The notes beneath the pieces are model-generated. The model was not told where the DNA came from. It saw only the letters and a list, made by a program, of their open reading frames with translations, and ran no database searches. DNA of 62,081 nt, counting the filler, from Globobulimina sp. (Eukaryota): NCBI GenBank assembly GCA_003354225.1. It is 20 parts of 20 records of this genome, joined end to end, with 100 filler letters (N's around TTAATTAATTAA, not from the genome) between each part and the next. Parts side by side here need not be neighbours in the genome. Positions count along the whole stretch, not along the records: positions 59,075 to 62,081 come from PIVH01004048.1; 19 more parts are not named here. One strand, written 5' to 3'. Position 1 is the first letter of the stretch. Each line of letters starts with the position of its first letter. Position numbers and translations under genes: made by a program. Positions 59,075-62,081 of this stretch are shown one piece after another.

Positions 59075-61774
59075 AGGAGCAAGTGGACCATTATTATTAC
59101 CTGGAGGTTAGTGCCCTGTCCATTGTGCAAGGATATAAAACGCAAAACACACCCATATACAACCCAATATACACAGGACATCTTCTTATTGGGTCTCCGT
59201 CCCTTATCCGACAAATTAATGAACCAACTCCTGTCCCACTTAGTATTGCCGGTCTTGGTGGGCAGTCTCGTCGACCTCGACGACCTAATCCAAAAACAGC
59301 AAGACCTCGAAAACGAGTATCAACGCGAAATGGATGGCATCGACAACGGCCTCGACGACAACGACGACACTTTTATGAGTATGGACGAAAACAAAAATAA
59401 TCTCAGCGTCAGCACCTCGGCCATCGAGATCGGCGACGACGACACGCAAAAAGCCAGCAACATACGCAAATTCCTGCAGCGCCGCACCCGGATCAGCAAG
59501 CAACTGTCGCTGTTCCTGTTGCCGCATGTTTTGACTGTCTTCAGTGACGGCAGCTTAATCAACGCCGTCATCGTGGCTCTGATGCACCCCTCGCCGCCCA
59601 AATTAGTCAACCAAATCGTGCTGAAGCCACCGCAGCACGCCGTGGAATGCAGCATCCCTATCTCGGACGTGCTGTGTCAGAAACGACATATGAAAAACAG
59701 CTACCACGAGGAGCAAAAAGGCAGCGGCATCAGTTCAGAGGACGTGGAACACCACGCATCCGTATCCGCGTCCACTACAATGAAAGATTTGTTGGACTCA
59801 GACGTGCAAAATACAATACACCGCTCGCGCATAGAATCCGTAGAAAAGATGGACATTATCTGCGCGGACAGCAACCTGCCGGAAGATAGCAATTTGTATC
59901 GCAACGGATTGCTGTTTATGTTGAATAGCGACCCGACGCAGACGCAGAACGAGCAGTTGATTGCGTCGACGGCGGCGTTGATTCTGACCATTATCCGGAA
60001 CCGCGCCACGAGTGAGGAGCTGTTGATGAATGCCGGGATCTGTCCACAAAAACGCAAACGCAAACGGCAGCTATTCAGCGAGAAACGCGTCCACGTCAAC
60101 ACCTCTTCGTATGCGACCAACTCCGCCGCGGTGAACAAACGCGACTTGTTGTTGGAGAATGAAGCCACGATATCGTCGCATAACCTATTCAAGGAACAGA
60201 AGGAGATCATGGGAATGGATCTGGAGATGGAGCAGGATGGAGACATCGACAGTGTGTCGGAGCCGGACATGAATCTGTTGTCGCACTCGTTGCCTTCGCC
60301 CATGCCGCCCTCGCCCAACCACGGTAAGTCCCAGCGGCACAGGAAGAAATTGACCAAATCCAAATTGTCTCAATTGAGCTCCACGTTGCCATCTCCCATA
60401 AAATCACAGCAAGGCCGAGCCAAATCACAACCTCCCATATACACAGAACATAATGGACATGGGCCGCACCACGGGGTCGTCCGCCGCAACTCTCTCGATA
60501 TCAGCATCGAAGTGCCCAGCATGAGCACCAATACGCTGACGTTTTCCCATCGGCTTCGCTCGCACTCTGCGGATTTGTCCGTGTCATCGCTCTCTTGCAA
60601 GAAGAAGAAGGCGGTGAAGGCCAAAAACGGCCTGAAAATCACCACCAAGCCATGCGAGCCAACGTGTGATTATCCCTTTGAATTTGTGGAGTGTATCATC
60701 AACGTCTTGGCGCAGTGCAGCAAGTTGTCCGTGTTCACCATTCGCGTTTTGTCGGAGTTGCTGATTGATTTCGTACAGGACCGAACCATGGAAAACAATG
60801 GCTTGAACAGCAAACATCACATCTCGCTGCTGTCGGTGTGGCAAAACGTGAAATTGCGCTTGGCGCAGTATTTGCCGCTGCAGTCCACGGCGATGGAGAC
60901 CTATTTCATCGACACTTTTGAAGAAGAATGGCGGTCCGTACGGCAACAGCCTCGCATCGATACGCTGATTTCCAATCCCATTCGAATATTACCACCGCAC
61001 GTCTTCCACGGCAGCAACACCGAAAATGCGCATAAAAACAAAGCGAAAACGCAAGAGAATGGCACCAGTAATGGCGCCGATATCGGGAAGGAGGTGGAGC
61101 GAGAAGTGGACGATCAGCAACAATTAATCCGCAAATTGGAGCGAATCCGCAAAGCCATCCACAATTTATTGCATATCTCGCGACTGAAGACGGAGTTGTT
61201 GGGCGGAACGGTGTCGTTGCCGTTTCTGCCTCGCGCGGAGTTTAAGTATTATTATCGTTTACAAGTGGCACTCTCCAACATCGCGCCCGGATGCCTAAAT
61301 TGTTTGGTTTTGATGCAGTCCAAGAAGCGGCGCCGTGTTTTGTTCAGCATCCGCGAGCCGGACTGGCTGTTGCTGTTCAATCGCATGAAAGGGAGAGCCG
61401 GCTTCGCTATGATTTATATGGCCATTCCCATCCATACCATCGAGGGCGTATTGAACAAATTGGATCCGCGCGTGATTCATTTGTCGATCCGGTCCCCGGT
61501 GCGGCCGCACGATGCGGCGATTCCTATTTCGAGCCAGAAGAATAAATGGAGCATCACTTTGTTTTTTGATTCTATGTTTCCCAACAATAAGACGGACAAA
61601 ATGCCGCTCGATGGCAAGAATTGCAACAAAGAGCAAATTGGACACAAGGACGCGTTGACTGCCTTGGATTACATCACTATGAATCGGATGAGAGTGAGAA
61701 GGAAGATGATGAAGCAAATTGCGGTGTTAGTCGGGGAGAATACGGCTGAGACTGCGACTGCGACAGCGGAGTAA
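59075..61774 (+). CDS. CLEC16A/TT9 (FPL)-like protein, 5' partial; intron 59107-59176
   Basis: DHYYYLE|DIFLLG..LLSHLVLPVLVGSL and ISKQLSLFLLPHVL..LINAV match the CLEC16A pattern; 70-nt GT-AG intron. Confidence 0.7.
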   Translation, partial: RSKWTIIITWRLVPCPLCKDIKRKTHPYTTQYTQDIFLLGLRPLSDKLMNQLLSHLVLPVLVGSLVDLDDLIQKQQDLENEYQREMDGIDNGLDDNDDTFMSMDENKNNLSVSTSAIEIGDDDTQKASNIRKFLQRRTRISKQLSLFLLPHVLTVFSDGSLINAVIVALMHPSPPKLVNQIVLKPPQHAVECSIPISDVLCQKRHMKNSYHEEQKGSGISSEDVEHHASVSASTTMKDLLDSDVQNTIHRSRIESVEKMDIICADSNLPEDSNLYRNGLLFMLNSDPTQTQNEQLIASTAALILTIIRNRATSEELLMNAGICPQKRKRKRQLFSEKRVHVNTSSYATNSAAVNKRDLLLENEATISSHNLFKEQKEIMGMDLEMEQDGDIDSVSEPDMNLLSHSLPSPMPPSPNHGKSQRHRKKLTKSKLSQLSSTLPSPIKSQQGRAKSQPPIYTEHNGHGPHHGVVRRNSLDISIEVPSMSTNTLTFSHRLRSHSADLSVSSLSCKKKKAVKAKNGLKITTKPCEPTCDYPFEFVECIINVLAQCSKLSVFTIRVLSELLIDFVQDRTMENNGLNSKHHISLLSVWQNVKLRLAQYLPLQSTAMETYFIDTFEEEWRSVRQQPRIDTLISNPIRILPPHVFHGSNTENAHKNKAKTQENGTSNGADIGKEVEREVDDQQQLIRKLERIRKAIHNLLHISRLKTELLGGTVSLPFLPRAEFKYYYRLQVALSNIAPGCLNCLVLMQSKKRRRVLFSIREPDWLLLFNRMKGRAGFAMIYMAIPIHTIEGVLNKLDPRVIHLSIRSPVRPHDAAIPISSQKNKWSITLFFDSMFPNNKTDKMPLDGKNCNKEQIGHKDALTALDYITMNRMRVRRKMMKQIAVLVGENTAETATATAE

Positions 61775-62081
61775 TAATTAAATTTTTTATCGAATCGAAT
61801 CGAATCGCTTTTTTTTTCGCATTTCTTAATTATTGTATTGTAACAAGTGTTAATTAATTTTGTTTTTTTTTAAGTTTATTGTTGTAAATAAAAGCAAAAT
61901 TAAATTTGTTTGCTTGTTCTTGCTGTTCTGTTTTAATTTCCTTCTTTTTGTCTCTTTCTTATAGCTATATAATATAAATAATATTTACGCCACTTCAATT
62001 TTTATCGGTACTAATTTACATCTGCATGTGCTGACCGACTTTCTTTTCTTTTTTTGGTTTGTTTTTTAGTTTTTTCTCTCG

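Overview
This window is not one locus. It is 20 unrelated contigs of 3011 to 3007 bp, sorted by length and joined by 100-nt artificial spacers (N44-TTAATTAATTAA-N44), so adjacency across spacers has no biological meaning. Most contigs come from an AT-rich, gene-dense eukaryote with short GT-AG introns (mostly 52-70 nt). The gene repertoire suggests a foraminiferan or other rhizarian, but that is inference. Recognisable products include a U-box/SAM protein, two 7TM proteins, a CAP-Gly/EF-hand/permuted-papain protein, a patatin lipase, an AAE17/18-like acyl-CoA synthetase, PX, PH, WWE, GST, PhyH-like and USP-like proteins, RRP5, CLEC16A-like, a PQQ-type propeller and a Ras fragment. There are three mobile elements: a Sola-like non-autonomous TIR element, a TIR-flanked DDE transposase, and a Naiad/Chlamys-type Penelope-like retroelement. 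Two contigs end in bacterial-looking DNA, probably amplification chimeras. The best lead is in the Penelope-like element's 3' region: a complete hammerhead core (CUGAAGA/GAAA/GUC) with its three strands in a non-canonical order split over two hairpin loops, plus a covarying four-hairpin array right after the RT stop codon. Other leads are a membrane-anchored phage-tail-fibre-like HxH needle protein, an apparently circularly permuted ASKHA/apyrase-like protein, and a PhyH dioxygenase carrying a half PHD finger.
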